This document shows positions 8,972 through 19,648 of a DNA stretch of 55,324 nucleotides, in pieces. Source of the stretch: a virus (lineage: Duplodnaviria > Caudoviricetes). The position numbers and the translations under genes were made by a program. How positions within the stretch are numbered: the stretch's first letter is position 1; each line of letters opens with the position of its first letter. The stretch covers positions 1 to 55,324 of IMG/VR virus record IMGVR_UViG_3300031673_000055; one strand, given 5' to 3'. The notes beneath the pieces were generated by a model. It searched no databases. It saw only the letters and a list, made by a program, of their open reading frames with translations, and had not been told where the DNA came from.

Positions 8972-10364
8972 TATTTCATACGTTTATAGGGCTGTTGATA
9001 AATTCTCACCTATTGCTAAAAAAATTAAAGATAATGTTGCTGAATTGAAACAAAAAATTGGCAATACAAGTCAATCAATGCGTGAATTTGGTACGTCCAT
9101 ACGCAATACAGGCGCAAAATTAACAGCCTTTGCAACTATCCCATTAGTGTTTCTTGGCAATAGAATGATTAAAGCTGCATCCGATGCGGAAGAAATGCGC
9201 GCAAGGTTTGAATTTGTATTTTCCGATGTTTCTAAAAATGCCGCAAATTCAGCAAAAATACTAGGAAGTAGTTATAATTTTTCTAATAAAGAAGCTCAAG
9301 AATTTTTAGCTAATTTAGGTGATTTTGCACAAAATTTAGGATTTTCTCAAGAAAAATCTTTAGAATTATCATTCGAACTAAATAAACTTGCAGCCGATGT
9401 TGCCTCATTTAAAAACGTGCAAGGCGGTGCTTCGCAAGTAAGTAGAGCATTTCAATCTGCATTAGTTGGCGAGCGCGAATCATTAAAAACATTAGGTGTT
9501 GCCATTAACGAAGAAATGGTTAAAAACCAAATACTTGTAATGTCCAAACGTGGTGTTCGCTTCGAAACTATGATGCAAGCTAAAGCTTTAGCTACAATTG
9601 AATTACTTCATAAAAACTTCTCAAGCTCAATTGGTGACGTTGCAAGAACTCAAGATGCCCATGCAAATACTATGAGACGTTATAGGGCTAGGCTTGATGA
9701 CGCTTCAGTTTCTATAGGTAATTATTTAATACCAATACAATTAAAACTTGCTGAAATTACTTTGAAACTTTTAAAAGTGTTTGATGATTTATCGCCGCAA
9801 TTAAAAAAGACAATATTAATTATCGCTGGATTGGTTGCAGCCCTTGGCCCACTTCTTTTAATAATTGGAACTTTAGTAATTGGATTTGGATTATTACTAA
9901 CTCCAATTGGGTTGACGGTTGCCGCAATTGGGGGGCTAATTGCAATTGGTGCAATGTTAGCAATAAAATATAAACCTGTATTTGACTTTCTAAGAATGGG
10001 ATTTGAAGTCGTTGCATTAACAGTTACTCATTTTATAAATGGCCTAAAAGTAGTAAAAGATATTATATCTGATTTAATGCCTGATTTTGAATGGATGTCA
10101 AAATTAGCAGAAAAAATAGGCGGCATGTTTGGCGGTGTTGGTGGTGGAATGTCAAGCATTGCTGATAGGCTTGCTGAAAAAAGACGTGAAATTAACACCG
10201 ATGGAAATAAATCAAATGTTAATTCATCAACTTGGAATAAAGCAACCCTTGATGGTACTATTATAGTTGAAGCTTTAGGCAATAGCCGTATAGTTAATAC
10301 TAAAATGAGTCAAAAAGGAATGTCAGGCAACCTTGGAATGAGTATGCCTCAAGGAGCTTATTAA
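8961..10364 (+). CDS. Tape measure protein (short)
   Basis: AVDKFS N-terminus, helical Ala/Leu-rich body, ESLKTLGVAINE motif, hydrophobic segment. Confidence 0.88.
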   Translation: MAFNISYVYRAVDKFSPIAKKIKDNVAELKQKIGNTSQSMREFGTSIRNTGAKLTAFATIPLVFLGNRMIKAASDAEEMRARFEFVFSDVSKNAANSAKILGSSYNFSNKEAQEFLANLGDFAQNLGFSQEKSLELSFELNKLAADVASFKNVQGGASQVSRAFQSALVGERESLKTLGVAINEEMVKNQILVMSKRGVRFETMMQAKALATIELLHKNFSSSIGDVARTQDAHANTMRRYRARLDDASVSIGNYLIPIQLKLAEITLKLLKVFDDLSPQLKKTILIIAGLVAALGPLLLIIGTLVIGFGLLLTPIGLTVAAIGGLIAIGAMLAIKYKPVFDFLRMGFEVVALTVTHFINGLKVVKDIISDLMPDFEWMSKLAEKIGGMFGGVGGGMSSIADRLAEKRREINTDGNKSNVNSSTWNKATLDGTIIVEALGNSRIVNTKMSQKGMSGNLGMSMPQGAY

Positions 10365-11552
10365 ATGTCATTATTAGAAAAATTACAACCTGCAAGCTTT
10401 AAAGGTGTTAGGTTTTTAATTGATAGCACGTCAACAACCGCTGGACGTAAAACCGTAACTCATGAATACCCAAATCGTGATAGTCGATTTGTTGAGGATT
10501 TAGGGGCGTTACAAGAAACTTATTCAATAACTGGTATAGTTAGTGGTGAAAATTACATTGCAGACCGTGACGCATTAATTGCAGCTTTAAAATCCCCTGG
10601 ACGCGGCGAGTTAGTACATCCGTTTTTTGGTAGCTTGCAAGTAACTGCTAAACCGTTTTCGTTATCAGAAAATTTAACTGAATTAGGCATTGCCCGATTT
10701 TCAATGACATTTGAAAAATCGGAAGAACTTATATATGTTAGTAGCTCAAGTAGTAAAAAATCATTAATAAATCAAATTACAGATAATTTAAGTGGATTAG
10801 TTGGTAGAGATTTAACTAATTTATTTAGTGTAAATAAAAAATATCCTCTTAATTTTCTTAGCGCAAAACAAATATTAACAGGTGTAACTGATAATATAGG
10901 ATTAAATGCAAATGAAATATTAAAAACAGCCGATGAAATTTCATCATTTGTAGGTTTTTTAAATGGTTTTTCTAATAATATAGTTAAAACAATTAATGAC
11001 CCTTCAAATTTAGCAACTGAATTTCAAATATTATTTAGAAGCTTTAGCACTATAGGAAGTAATGCTAAAAATCAATTTGATTTAATAAAATCACTTTTTA
11101 ATTATGGCAATAATGAACCTGCAATACCGCAAACAACCATTCCACGGGTTGAACGTGAAACTAACAGGCAAATAATTAATAGTGCTGTAAATATAAATGC
11201 CCTTGCTTATGCTTATAATACAGTTCCGGTTTTAGATATAACAACCGATGAAGATATTAAAAAGATAGAAGAAACTTTAGAAGTTCAATTCAATTACATT
11301 ATGCAAAATAATAATGTAAGCGATGAAACTATACAGGTTTTAAAAGATTTAAGGGTTGAAGTTAGTATATTTTTAAAAGAAAAAATTGTAAATACTTTTA
11401 AAATATCTACAATACAAACTAAACAAATACCTATGACCATATTAGCATATCAATATTATGGCAATGTAAATAATACGGTAGCACTTTTAGATTTAAATCA
11501 AACAATCAATTCATCTTTTGTGGAAGGTGATACAAAAATATTAACAATATGA
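10365..11552 (+). CDS. Mu gp43-like DNA circularization/tail protein
   Basis: LQPASFKGVRF, HEYPNRD..FVEDLG and GELVHPFFG motifs. Confidence 0.92.
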   Translation: MSLLEKLQPASFKGVRFLIDSTSTTAGRKTVTHEYPNRDSRFVEDLGALQETYSITGIVSGENYIADRDALIAALKSPGRGELVHPFFGSLQVTAKPFSLSENLTELGIARFSMTFEKSEELIYVSSSSSKKSLINQITDNLSGLVGRDLTNLFSVNKKYPLNFLSAKQILTGVTDNIGLNANEILKTADEISSFVGFLNGFSNNIVKTINDPSNLATEFQILFRSFSTIGSNAKNQFDLIKSLFNYGNNEPAIPQTTIPRVERETNRQIINSAVNINALAYAYNTVPVLDITTDEDIKKIEETLEVQFNYIMQNNNVSDETIQVLKDLRVEVSIFLKEKIVNTFKISTIQTKQIPMTILAYQYYGNVNNTVALLDLNQTINSSFVEGDTKILTI

Positions 11553-12661
11553 TAACACTTGAAATTTCAGGTATAAAATACGATGGATTTACTTCCATAT
11601 CTGTCTTTAGAAGTATTGAAACTATAAGTGGAAGTTTTAGATTTTCAGCAACTTCAACTGATAAAACTGTTTTTCCGATTAAAGCGGGTTCGCCTTGTTC
11701 GGTTTTTGTAGATGATATAAAGGTTATAAATGGTTATGTAGATACCGTTTCAGTATCTTATGATTCGCAAAGTCATAGTATTAACATAACTGGCAGGGAT
11801 AAAACTTGCGATATTGTAGATAGTAATATAACAGGCAATAAAGAGTTTATAGGGTTAGGATTAGTTGATATTATTAAAAGGGTACTTGCTGATAATAATA
11901 TGAATGATATATCAGTAATTAATCAAGCTGGAACTATAGCCCCGTTTGATGATATTGACCCTGCAAGCTCACCTGTTGGAGATACTATATTTAATTTTTT
12001 AGAGCAATACGCAAGAAAAAGTCAAGTATTACTTACAACCGATGGCAATGGCAATGTTTTAATAGTGCGTTCAGGTGATACAAGCGCAATAACTGTTTTA
12101 GAAAATATTATAGGTGGTAGGTTTAATAATATATTATCAGCAAGTGCTAATTATGATTTTAGCAATAGATTCAACAAATATATTATACAATCAGACCAAT
12201 CAGGCAATGCGTTTGATTTTGGTGGAGGTACTCCTAATTTTAATGATATATCAGCGCAATCAGGTGAATCTATAGATACAAAAATAAGGGCAAGCAGAAT
12301 AAAAGAAACTATTGCTGAAGTATCGGCAGAAAATACGACATTAACTGAACTTGCAACATGGACTAGAAATATAACAGCTGGACGGTCAACTGAATATGAA
12401 TGTACGGTTCAAGGTTTTTATCAAGATAGCTTAAAAACACAATTATGGAAGCCTAATTTACTTACAAAAGTTACTGATAATTTTGCCGATGTTGATGCAA
12501 TTTTATTAATTAAATCAGTTGAATATTCAGTATCTTTAGAAAGTGGCTCAACTACAAATATTACGCTTGTTGATAAAGACACTTATACATTACAAAATAA
12601 AATAGATGCCGCAACAGCAAGGGCAAATAATCAAGGCAGTGAGTTTACATTTGGATTATGA
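11549..12661 (+). CDS. Baseplate hub (Mu gp44-like)
   Basis: GYVD, ITGRDKTCDIVD and LWKPN motifs. Confidence 0.9.
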   Translation: MITLEISGIKYDGFTSISVFRSIETISGSFRFSATSTDKTVFPIKAGSPCSVFVDDIKVINGYVDTVSVSYDSQSHSINITGRDKTCDIVDSNITGNKEFIGLGLVDIIKRVLADNNMNDISVINQAGTIAPFDDIDPASSPVGDTIFNFLEQYARKSQVLLTTDGNGNVLIVRSGDTSAITVLENIIGGRFNNILSASANYDFSNRFNKYIIQSDQSGNAFDFGGGTPNFNDISAQSGESIDTKIRASRIKETIAEVSAENTTLTELATWTRNITAGRSTEYECTVQGFYQDSLKTQLWKPNLLTKVTDNFADVDAILLIKSVEYSVSLESGSTTNITLVDKDTYTLQNKIDAATARANNQGSEFTFGL

Positions 12662-13302
12662 AAATTATAACATTTATCAGAAATTTAATTAAAAGGGGTG
12701 TTGTCACAAGGGCAACCGATGATACAGGGCAATTTGCAATTGCTCAAGTGCAGTGGATTGCGGGTAAATCTGGCAATGTAGAAGTTGTTTATCCTTATGG
12801 CGTATCTGGTTATGCTCCAGTGGGTTCGCTTGCTTTAATGTTTAATGTAATGGGGCATGAAAGTAATCGCGCTGCTATAATTAATAATCCTAAGATGAGG
12901 TTTAAAGACCTAAAGGAGGGTGAAGTTGCCATTGGTAACTTTTTAACAAGAAGTTATATAAAGTTTTTAGAAAATGGCGATATTGAAGTTATAGGAGTTG
13001 CAAGTCAAAATGTAACAATAACGGGCGATGTTAATTTAACAATTGGTGGGAATTGCAATATAACAGCAACAGGTAATATTAATGCAACTGCTGCAAATTT
13101 AACCGCAAATATATCAGGTAATGCTGATATAACCTGCCCGCAAGTTGATATAACGGGCGCATTAAGTGTAACAGGTGACGTTACTGCTTTTGCAGGTGGT
13201 GTAAATGAAATAACATTTAGTGATATTATATCAACTTACAATTCACACACTCATAACGAAACTGGCAGCGTAACAAACGCGCCAAATCAACCATTACCAT
13301 AA
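12658..13302 (+). CDS. Baseplate spike (Mu gp45/gpV-like)
   Basis: PYG, LKEGEVAI, beta-helix repeats, C-terminal HTH (HxH) metal site. Confidence 0.9.
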   Translation: MKIITFIRNLIKRGVVTRATDDTGQFAIAQVQWIAGKSGNVEVVYPYGVSGYAPVGSLALMFNVMGHESNRAAIINNPKMRFKDLKEGEVAIGNFLTRSYIKFLENGDIEVIGVASQNVTITGDVNLTIGGNCNITATGNINATAANLTANISGNADITCPQVDITGALSVTGDVTAFAGGVNEITFSDIISTYNSHTHNETGSVTNAPNQPLP

Positions 13303-13311
13303 GGTTATAAA

Positions 13312-13764
13312 ATGGCAGTAGATATAGCGTTAATACAAAATACAGAAAATGAATTTGATGTTCAATTTGAAAATGGCGATTTTAAACTTGTTGATAGTTT
13401 TGATACATCATTAACAATATCGCTTTTTGCCGATGCAAGGGCATTGCCAAGTCAAATACCCATTTCACAATTGAGGCGTGGATGGTGGGCAGACCAATTC
13501 GACGATGATTTTCCATTGTTTGAAACCGGCTCACGTTTATGGCTACTAGAACAAGCTCGCAACAATCAACTAACTTTAAATAATGCTATTGATTTTGCTA
13601 AAAATGCTTTACAATGGTTAGTTGTAAAAAATCATGCAATTAGTGTTGATGTTACAGGTAGTTTTACACAAAATGGCATAAGATTAGCTATTATTATTAA
13701 TCGTGCTAATAGTATAGTTGAAACTAGATATTTTGACTTATGGAATAATACAGGGCAGCAATAA
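13312..13764 (+). CDS. Baseplate protein (Mu gp46-like)
   Basis: ISLFADARA, RRGWWAD, GSRLWLL and ALQWL motifs. Confidence 0.93.
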   Translation: MAVDIALIQNTENEFDVQFENGDFKLVDSFDTSLTISLFADARALPSQIPISQLRRGWWADQFDDDFPLFETGSRLWLLEQARNNQLTLNNAIDFAKNALQWLVVKNHAISVDVTGSFTQNGIRLAIIINRANSIVETRYFDLWNNTGQQ

Positions 13765-15314
13765 TGGTATTTAACATCCCAAGTTCACAACAGCAAGTTA
13801 TTGATAGGGCATCAACAGACGTTCAGCAGGCTTTACCTAATACTAATCCTTTTTTTAGAAATAGTTTTTTAGGTGCTATTGTAAAAAGTTTTTCAGGTAG
13901 AATTTGCGATTTTTATTTACAATTAAATATATTAATTCGTGAATTATTTGTAGACACTGCAACCAATTCTTTTTTGGAAAGGTGGGGCGTTTATAAGGGT
14001 ATAACTAGAAATGCCGCAACTCAAGCGATAGGAGATATAACCGCAACTGGAACTTTAGCAACTAATATTCCTATTGATACTCAATTATCAAGTGCTGAGG
14101 GTGATTTATATATAACAACTGCAACCGCAACTATAACTGCAAATACATTATCAGTAAGTAGTTTGACACGTTCAGGATCAACTGTAACTGCAACAACTAC
14201 AAGCCCCCATAAATTAGGTTCAACTCAATCAGTTGTTATGGCAGGCGCAGTCGAAACTGGTTACAACGGAACTTATTTAATAACTGTTATAAGTGAAACT
14301 GAATTTACTTATACAATTAGCACAACTCCAACAACTCCTGCAACGGGAACTATAACTGCCTCAATAAATAAGGCAAATTTAAACGTGCGTTCGGTAGCCT
14401 TTGGAAGTACCCAAAATTTAGGCAATGGCAGTCAATTAACTTTTGTTACTCCTATATCAGGCGTAAATGATGTTGCAATTGTGCAATTTGGTGAAGTTGC
14501 AGGAGGTACTGATTTAGAAAGCGATGAGGATTTAAGATTTAGAATAATTGATATATATCAAAATCCAATATCCCATTTTAACCGCAATGATATTATAGCT
14601 AAAGCTAAATCAGTTGCAGGGGTTACAAGGGTTTTTGTGTATAGTTCAGGCGAACTCTTTGGAAGCTCAATAGCTATTGATTCAATTAATAGAAGTGGTG
14701 ATATTGCAACAGTTGTTACAACTACCCCTCATGGGTTAGAAAATGCTATGAATATTACAATTGAAGGCGCAGACCAATCAGATTATAATGTAACCGCAAG
14801 GGCATTGGTTATAGATGGCACTACTTTTGCTTACGTTGTGCAAAATGACCCTGACACCCCTGCAACAGGCACTATAACTGCATTACCTACAGTGCCGTTA
14901 GGGCAAACTATAGTTTATTTTACCCGCGATAATGATATAAATGTTATTCCGTCAACATCCGAAGTTGCGGCAACTGAAACTGTTTTAAGAACTATTCAAC
15001 CTGCAAATACTGCAAATGTTGATTTTATCATATCAGCTCCTAATCCTGTTACGGTTGATTTTGTATTTACAACATTAAGCCCAAATACAAGCACTATGCA
15101 AGCTGCGATAACTGCAAATTTAGCCGCGTTATTTCAAGAGCAAACAAGCGTAGGAGTTAATTTAAAACAATTTGCTTATAATTCAGCAATATTTCAAACA
15201 ATAGACCCTGAAACCGGAGATACAATAAGTAATTTTGCACTATCATCTCCAAGTGGTGACGTAACTATAGCTTCAGGACAACTGGCAGTTTTAGGAGGCA
15301 TTACGTTTCCATAA
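13764..15314 (+). CDS. Baseplate J/Mu gp47-like wedge protein with two inserted modules
   Basis: DTA...LERWG, GGTDLESDEDLRFRI and VAGVTRVFV motifs. Confidence 0.92.
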   Translation: MVFNIPSSQQQVIDRASTDVQQALPNTNPFFRNSFLGAIVKSFSGRICDFYLQLNILIRELFVDTATNSFLERWGVYKGITRNAATQAIGDITATGTLATNIPIDTQLSSAEGDLYITTATATITANTLSVSSLTRSGSTVTATTTSPHKLGSTQSVVMAGAVETGYNGTYLITVISETEFTYTISTTPTTPATGTITASINKANLNVRSVAFGSTQNLGNGSQLTFVTPISGVNDVAIVQFGEVAGGTDLESDEDLRFRIIDIYQNPISHFNRNDIIAKAKSVAGVTRVFVYSSGELFGSSIAIDSINRSGDIATVVTTTPHGLENAMNITIEGADQSDYNVTARALVIDGTTFAYVVQNDPDTPATGTITALPTVPLGQTIVYFTRDNDINVIPSTSEVAATETVLRTIQPANTANVDFIISAPNPVTVDFVFTTLSPNTSTMQAAITANLAALFQEQTSVGVNLKQFAYNSAIFQTIDPETGDTISNFALSSPSGDVTIASGQLAVLGGITFP

Positions 15315-16588
15315 TGAAATTATTTAAAACTACAACAGCACAAGAACAATCAAATAATTTTGCGGCATTTTTCCCTCAAGGGAAAGCTTTTTGCTCCATA
15401 AATAATCCAAGTTCGAACTTTGGGAAGTTTATAGACGCTTTAGCTATTGAATTAAAAAGGGTTTATGATGATTTAAATAATGTATCTGAGGATTATGATA
15501 TATTAGTTACCGATGAATTATTAAGTAGATGGGAAAGTGCGGTTGGTATTCCTGATAATTGTTTTTCTGCAACAGGAAGTAAAGCTGAAAGGCGTTTGCA
15601 TGTATTACTTAAATTTGCAAAAATGAACGTGCAAACAGCCCCCCAAATGGTACAGCTTGCAGTTGCTTTAGGTTTTACCGACACTACAATTCAGCCTTTA
15701 CAGCAAAACGCATTACCGCCTTATAACGTGCCTTTTATTCCTAGCACTTCCCCTGGCTCACGTTATGTAATTGTAGTAAATGCAACAAACGCAATAAATA
15801 ATTTGCCGCCTTATGATGTACCTTTTACCCCTGCTGCTGATAATACAAGCTTGTTAAATTGTATAATGAATGTTGTAAAACCTGCAAATACTGAAGTTAT
15901 ATTTGGTAATTTTGAAGCCCCTGCATTTATGCCAACTGATATACAAAATTGCGCTTGCTGGTTAAATCCTACTTATTTAGACACTGTAACAAAAACGGAA
16001 TTAAACGTATTAGAAACTATAACCGATAAAGCAACTGATAATGATGCAAGTCAAAGTGACGTAGGATTGCGCCCCACTTGGATGGCAAATGCTATAAATG
16101 GTCAAGCTGCTATACGATTTAATAATGCACAAAGTTTATCAATTGTAGGTTCAACTATAAATGATATTCCTGCAGGTGATAGCACTATATTTATAGTTGC
16201 GCGTCAAAATACAGGCGGTGAGAATGATTGTTTGATAAGTTTTTTCGATGGAACAACTCCAACTGCTCAAATTTTATATGATGATAATAGTGTTTTAACT
16301 GGCTCAAGTTATTTGGAATATAGCGTTAATGCGTCAAATAACTTTCAAATGATTATGGCAAGGCGCGAAGGCACTACTCAATATTTATCCCTTGGCGATG
16401 ATGCAGAAGAACAAAACGAATTAGGCAGTGCAGTAACGGGTACGGATGCTGTTTATTTGGGTTCTTTTTTAGAAACCTTTGGATTTTTTACAGGTGATAT
16501 TGCTGAAGTTATTATTTATTCACGTTCACTTTTAGAAGAAGAAATTTTACAGGTTAAAAATTATTTAAGAAATAACTTTGCTTTATAA
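15314..16588 (+). CDS. Mu gp48/DUF2313-like baseplate protein fused to a LamG/ConA-like domain
   Basis: PQGKAF, ELLSRWE..VGIPD and KPANT motifs, then ...FTGDIAEVIIYSRSL in the C-terminal half. Confidence 0.85.
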   Translation: MKLFKTTTAQEQSNNFAAFFPQGKAFCSINNPSSNFGKFIDALAIELKRVYDDLNNVSEDYDILVTDELLSRWESAVGIPDNCFSATGSKAERRLHVLLKFAKMNVQTAPQMVQLAVALGFTDTTIQPLQQNALPPYNVPFIPSTSPGSRYVIVVNATNAINNLPPYDVPFTPAADNTSLLNCIMNVVKPANTEVIFGNFEAPAFMPTDIQNCACWLNPTYLDTVTKTELNVLETITDKATDNDASQSDVGLRPTWMANAINGQAAIRFNNAQSLSIVGSTINDIPAGDSTIFIVARQNTGGENDCLISFFDGTTPTAQILYDDNSVLTGSSYLEYSVNASNNFQMIMARREGTTQYLSLGDDAEEQNELGSAVTGTDAVYLGSFLETFGFFTGDIAEVIIYSRSLLEEEILQVKNYLRNNFAL

Positions 16589-16674
16589 TATAAGTTTTAC
16601 AGTTTTATAAACTATCATCTTTTATATTTTGATAATTATAGTATAATTATAGCTAAACTAAAGGTAGTTAAACT

Positions 16675-17688
16675 ATGGGTATTCAAAATTTAACATTTAC
16701 TGATAATTCACCGCCTCAATGCGGGGCGTTGTTTTTAAATAGCGCACGTTCTGAAGTTAATAATATTATAACCAATTCAGGGCAATCAATAACAACTTCT
16801 AATTTAAACCAATTAGGTATTGCTGCTGCTGTTTATGCTGCTGGTGCTGATTTTTATACTGATTCAGGCGTTGCGGATGCTTATGTATTATCTGCTATAG
16901 GTTCAAAACAAACTCCTAATGCTTATTTTACAGGAATGAGAGTTCGCTTTATAGTTGGAAATACCAATACGGGCGCATCAACTGTAAATGTTGCAACTTT
17001 AGGTGTTAAGAATATTAAAGGACGCGATGGAACAAGTGACCCGTCCGCAGGTGACTTCCCCGCTGGACAAATAATTGATTTAACTTATAACGGCACAAAT
17101 TTTATTGTATCAGCGGGCGTTGCTTATGCAGCTTCTATATTCCCTATTGCGTCCATGTTGCCTTATGCCGCAACCTCCGCTCCAAGTGGGTGGTTGCTAT
17201 GCTATGGTCAAGCTGTAAGCCGCGCAACTTATGCAAGCTTATTCGGTGTTATAGGCACTGCATACGGTTCAGGCGATGGTTCAACTACATTTAATCTTCC
17301 CGATTATCGTGGGCGTACTTTTGTAGGCTTGGATAATATGGGTGGTTCAAGTGCAAATCGCATTACAAGTGCAAATGCCGATAGTTTAAATAATACGGGA
17401 TTTGGTAGTGAAACCGATGCGGGTACAAATGGCGCGGTTGGCGGCACATCACTTACAACTGACCAATTGCCAAGTCATACTCATCCTTATGCCCGTTCTG
17501 GTGGAGCTTCCTTAAGTGGAGGTAATCAATTTCCAATTTATGATGGCGTATCTGGCAATGCAATTGCTAACGCTACAGGTTCAACAGGCTCAGGCAACTC
17601 ACATACACATACAGCACCAACTATAACAATGACAACAGGCGGTAACGCCCAACCTTCACTTGCAAGTGCTGTAATAATTAAATTTTAA
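16675..17688 (+). CDS. Tail fibre protein with phage tail collar domain
   Basis: NTGASTVNV; APSGWLLCYGQAVSRATYASLFGVIG...TTFNLPDYRGR; HTH motifs. Confidence 0.9.
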   Translation: MGIQNLTFTDNSPPQCGALFLNSARSEVNNIITNSGQSITTSNLNQLGIAAAVYAAGADFYTDSGVADAYVLSAIGSKQTPNAYFTGMRVRFIVGNTNTGASTVNVATLGVKNIKGRDGTSDPSAGDFPAGQIIDLTYNGTNFIVSAGVAYAASIFPIASMLPYAATSAPSGWLLCYGQAVSRATYASLFGVIGTAYGSGDGSTTFNLPDYRGRTFVGLDNMGGSSANRITSANADSLNNTGFGSETDAGTNGAVGGTSLTTDQLPSHTHPYARSGGASLSGGNQFPIYDGVSGNAIANATGSTGSGNSHTHTAPTITMTTGGNAQPSLASAVIIKF

Positions 17689-17699
17689 AGGTTAATATA

Positions 17700-17930
17700 A
17701 TGTCTTATATTTTTAAATATCATCCTGATAATGTTATATATTTAAATGGCGCATATCATTCAACTTTTGCAGAATTTATTGAAGTTAATCCTGATTTTCC
17801 AATTGTTGAAGGTGCATTTTTTGAATTAAAAGAACAATCAGTTGAATTAATAGATAATAATGGATGCCATACAAGCGGCAATATAAATGATTTTAATAAC
17901 GTTATTGGTGCAATAGATGGCATTGTTTGA
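17700..17930 (+). CDS. Putative tail fibre-associated small protein
   Basis: Directly downstream of the fibre gene, with RBS. Confidence 0.5.
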   Translation: MSYIFKYHPDNVIYLNGAYHSTFAEFIEVNPDFPIVEGAFFELKEQSVELIDNNGCHTSGNINDFNNVIGAIDGIV

Positions 17931-18264
17931 TAATTTAAGTTTATATCAAGGCGATGATTTTTCGCAGGAAATTCTGTATTTAGAACAGGATAGTACGCCT
18001 GTAAATCTTACAAACTATTCTGCAAGGATGCAGGTTCGCCAAGATTATGGTATAACTCCAATTATAAGTGTTACAACTGAAACCGATGGCGGCATAACAA
18101 AAGATAACGCTAACGGTATTTTTATTATTACAATTACAAATGAATTAACAAGCACTTTAATAGCTGGTTCTTATATTTATGATTTTGAAGTAACCGATGG
18201 CGATGATAAAGTTACAACTATATTAAAAGGCAATTTTTTAATAAATAAAGAAGTTACAAAATGA
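17917..18264 (+). CDS. Ig-like virion structural protein (BppU-N-like)
   Basis: YQGDDF...PVNLTNYSARMQVR...YIYDFEV pattern. Confidence 0.65.
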   Translation: MALFDNLSLYQGDDFSQEILYLEQDSTPVNLTNYSARMQVRQDYGITPIISVTTETDGGITKDNANGIFIITITNELTSTLIAGSYIYDFEVTDGDDKVTTILKGNFLINKEVTK

Positions 18265-19079
18265 TAATAATATCAAAAGAAAAAAAAGTAATTACTTGCA
18301 CAAAAGAAACTAACGATATTATTACAGTTAAAAAAATTGTAAAAGAAATAACTATTACTCGGAAAGACCCGCCGCCGATTATTCCTGTAAATCCTTTTAA
18401 TGATTTTATGCAGGAAAATTCTTTAGCATGGTTTAAAGCTGATAGTGAAAAATTAGTTCTTAGCGAAGATAATAAAGTTATTGAATGGCTAGATAATTTG
18501 GGGCGTGATTTTAATTTTAACAATACCACTGAGGCCAGTCAGCCTTTATTTGGAGTTAATCAATTAAACGGCAAGGATACTTTAAATTTTAATGGCAGTA
18601 AAAGATTATTTGGCAGTGAAAATTTATACAATATCCCCAATGGTGATAATACAGTTTACATTCTTTGTAATAGATTTTCGATATCCGATACTGCAAGTGT
18701 TTTAGATGGTAGGGTTGGCGCAGCAGTTAGATTGTATGGTTTTAGAACGCAAAGTTCAGCAGTTGGTTATTTCGGTCAAGGAAATAATAATATATCAAAC
18801 GCCCCCCGCGTTTTTATGAGTCCTAACAATACAGCTTGGCGCATTTACCGCGGGCGTAAAGAAGGCGCAACGCTTGGCATGAGAGTAAATAGCGGCACTG
18901 AAAATACCAATAATAACGGCATAAATCAAGTAATTAATCTTTTAACTTTAGGCGTGCAATCTAACGGGGCAGACGCTTTTAACGCAGATATTGCCGAAAT
19001 TATGTTTTTCGACAAAGTATTAACATCCGAACAAGATGCTTTAGTAATGTCTTATTTTAATGAACAGTGGGGCGTGTAA
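18261..19079 (+). CDS. LamG/concanavalin-like virion protein (candidate receptor-binding)
   Basis: AWFKAD...VIEWLD...QP...FNG...DIAEIMFFDKVLT pattern. Confidence 0.7.
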   Translation: MIIISKEKKVITCTKETNDIITVKKIVKEITITRKDPPPIIPVNPFNDFMQENSLAWFKADSEKLVLSEDNKVIEWLDNLGRDFNFNNTTEASQPLFGVNQLNGKDTLNFNGSKRLFGSENLYNIPNGDNTVYILCNRFSISDTASVLDGRVGAAVRLYGFRTQSSAVGYFGQGNNNISNAPRVFMSPNNTAWRIYRGRKEGATLGMRVNSGTENTNNNGINQVINLLTLGVQSNGADAFNADIAEIMFFDKVLTSEQDALVMSYFNEQWGV

Positions 19080-19339
19080 TGTTTTTGCGCGGTACTTTAC
19101 AACAATTTGAAAGCTGGCATGAAACTGCCAAAATATCAGAAAATATACCTCAAGAAGGTAAAGTAGGATATTTAAAAGGCAAGCTTGCAATAAATAGGCA
19201 AAAAACTATAAATTATAGCGATGCAATTAAACATCCTATTAATGAAAATGATTATATATGGCTATGCGGCAATTATTGCACAAATGAAAATTTAGATTTA
19301 GAACAAGTAAAATTATTAGGCTGGTTTAACGATGAGTAA
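19079..19339 (+). CDS. Hypothetical protein (possible chaperone of the preceding protein)
   Basis: TAATG coupling to the upstream gene. Confidence 0.55.
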   Translation: MFLRGTLQQFESWHETAKISENIPQEGKVGYLKGKLAINRQKTINYSDAIKHPINENDYIWLCGNYCTNENLDLEQVKLLGWFNDE

Positions 19340-19646
19340 TGACATACCGGAGCGGGTTGCGATTGTGGAACAGATAGCAGCAAGCGCACATAAGCGAATA
19401 GATAGCAATGACATTGAAATAAAGGGCTTGCGTGATTCCCGCCATGGACATGCAAATATGCTGCAACGTCATGATGGGTTAATAGCGCAGCATACTGATA
19501 TTTTAAAAAGTCAAAATGAAACACTTAAGACAATGTCGGATGTTGTTGTATCCATAAAAGCTATGGTAGTTATGGCTATATTTTTAGGCACAATCTTTTT
19601 AACTTTTTGCGGATTTGTCGGAAACGAAATATTCAAATGGTGGTAA
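19332..19646 (+). CDS. Coiled-coil protein with C-terminal TM helix (XhlA/holin-like)
   Basis: SAHKRID motif, single C-terminal TM helix, precedes the endolysin. Confidence 0.6.
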   Translation: MSNDIPERVAIVEQIAASAHKRIDSNDIEIKGLRDSRHGHANMLQRHDGLIAQHTDILKSQNETLKTMSDVVVSIKAMVVMAIFLGTIFLTFCGFVGNEIFKWW

Positions 19647-19648
19647 AT

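Noticed and set aside
6409-16588. Mu-like transposable phage or tailocin/eCIS
   Set aside because: The tail genes are Mu-like, but there is no MuA/MuB, and a full head, packaging and replication set is present.
16675-19079. Diversity-generating retroelement or invertible tail-fibre switch
   Set aside because: No reverse transcriptase or invertase, and no template/variable repeat pair seen.
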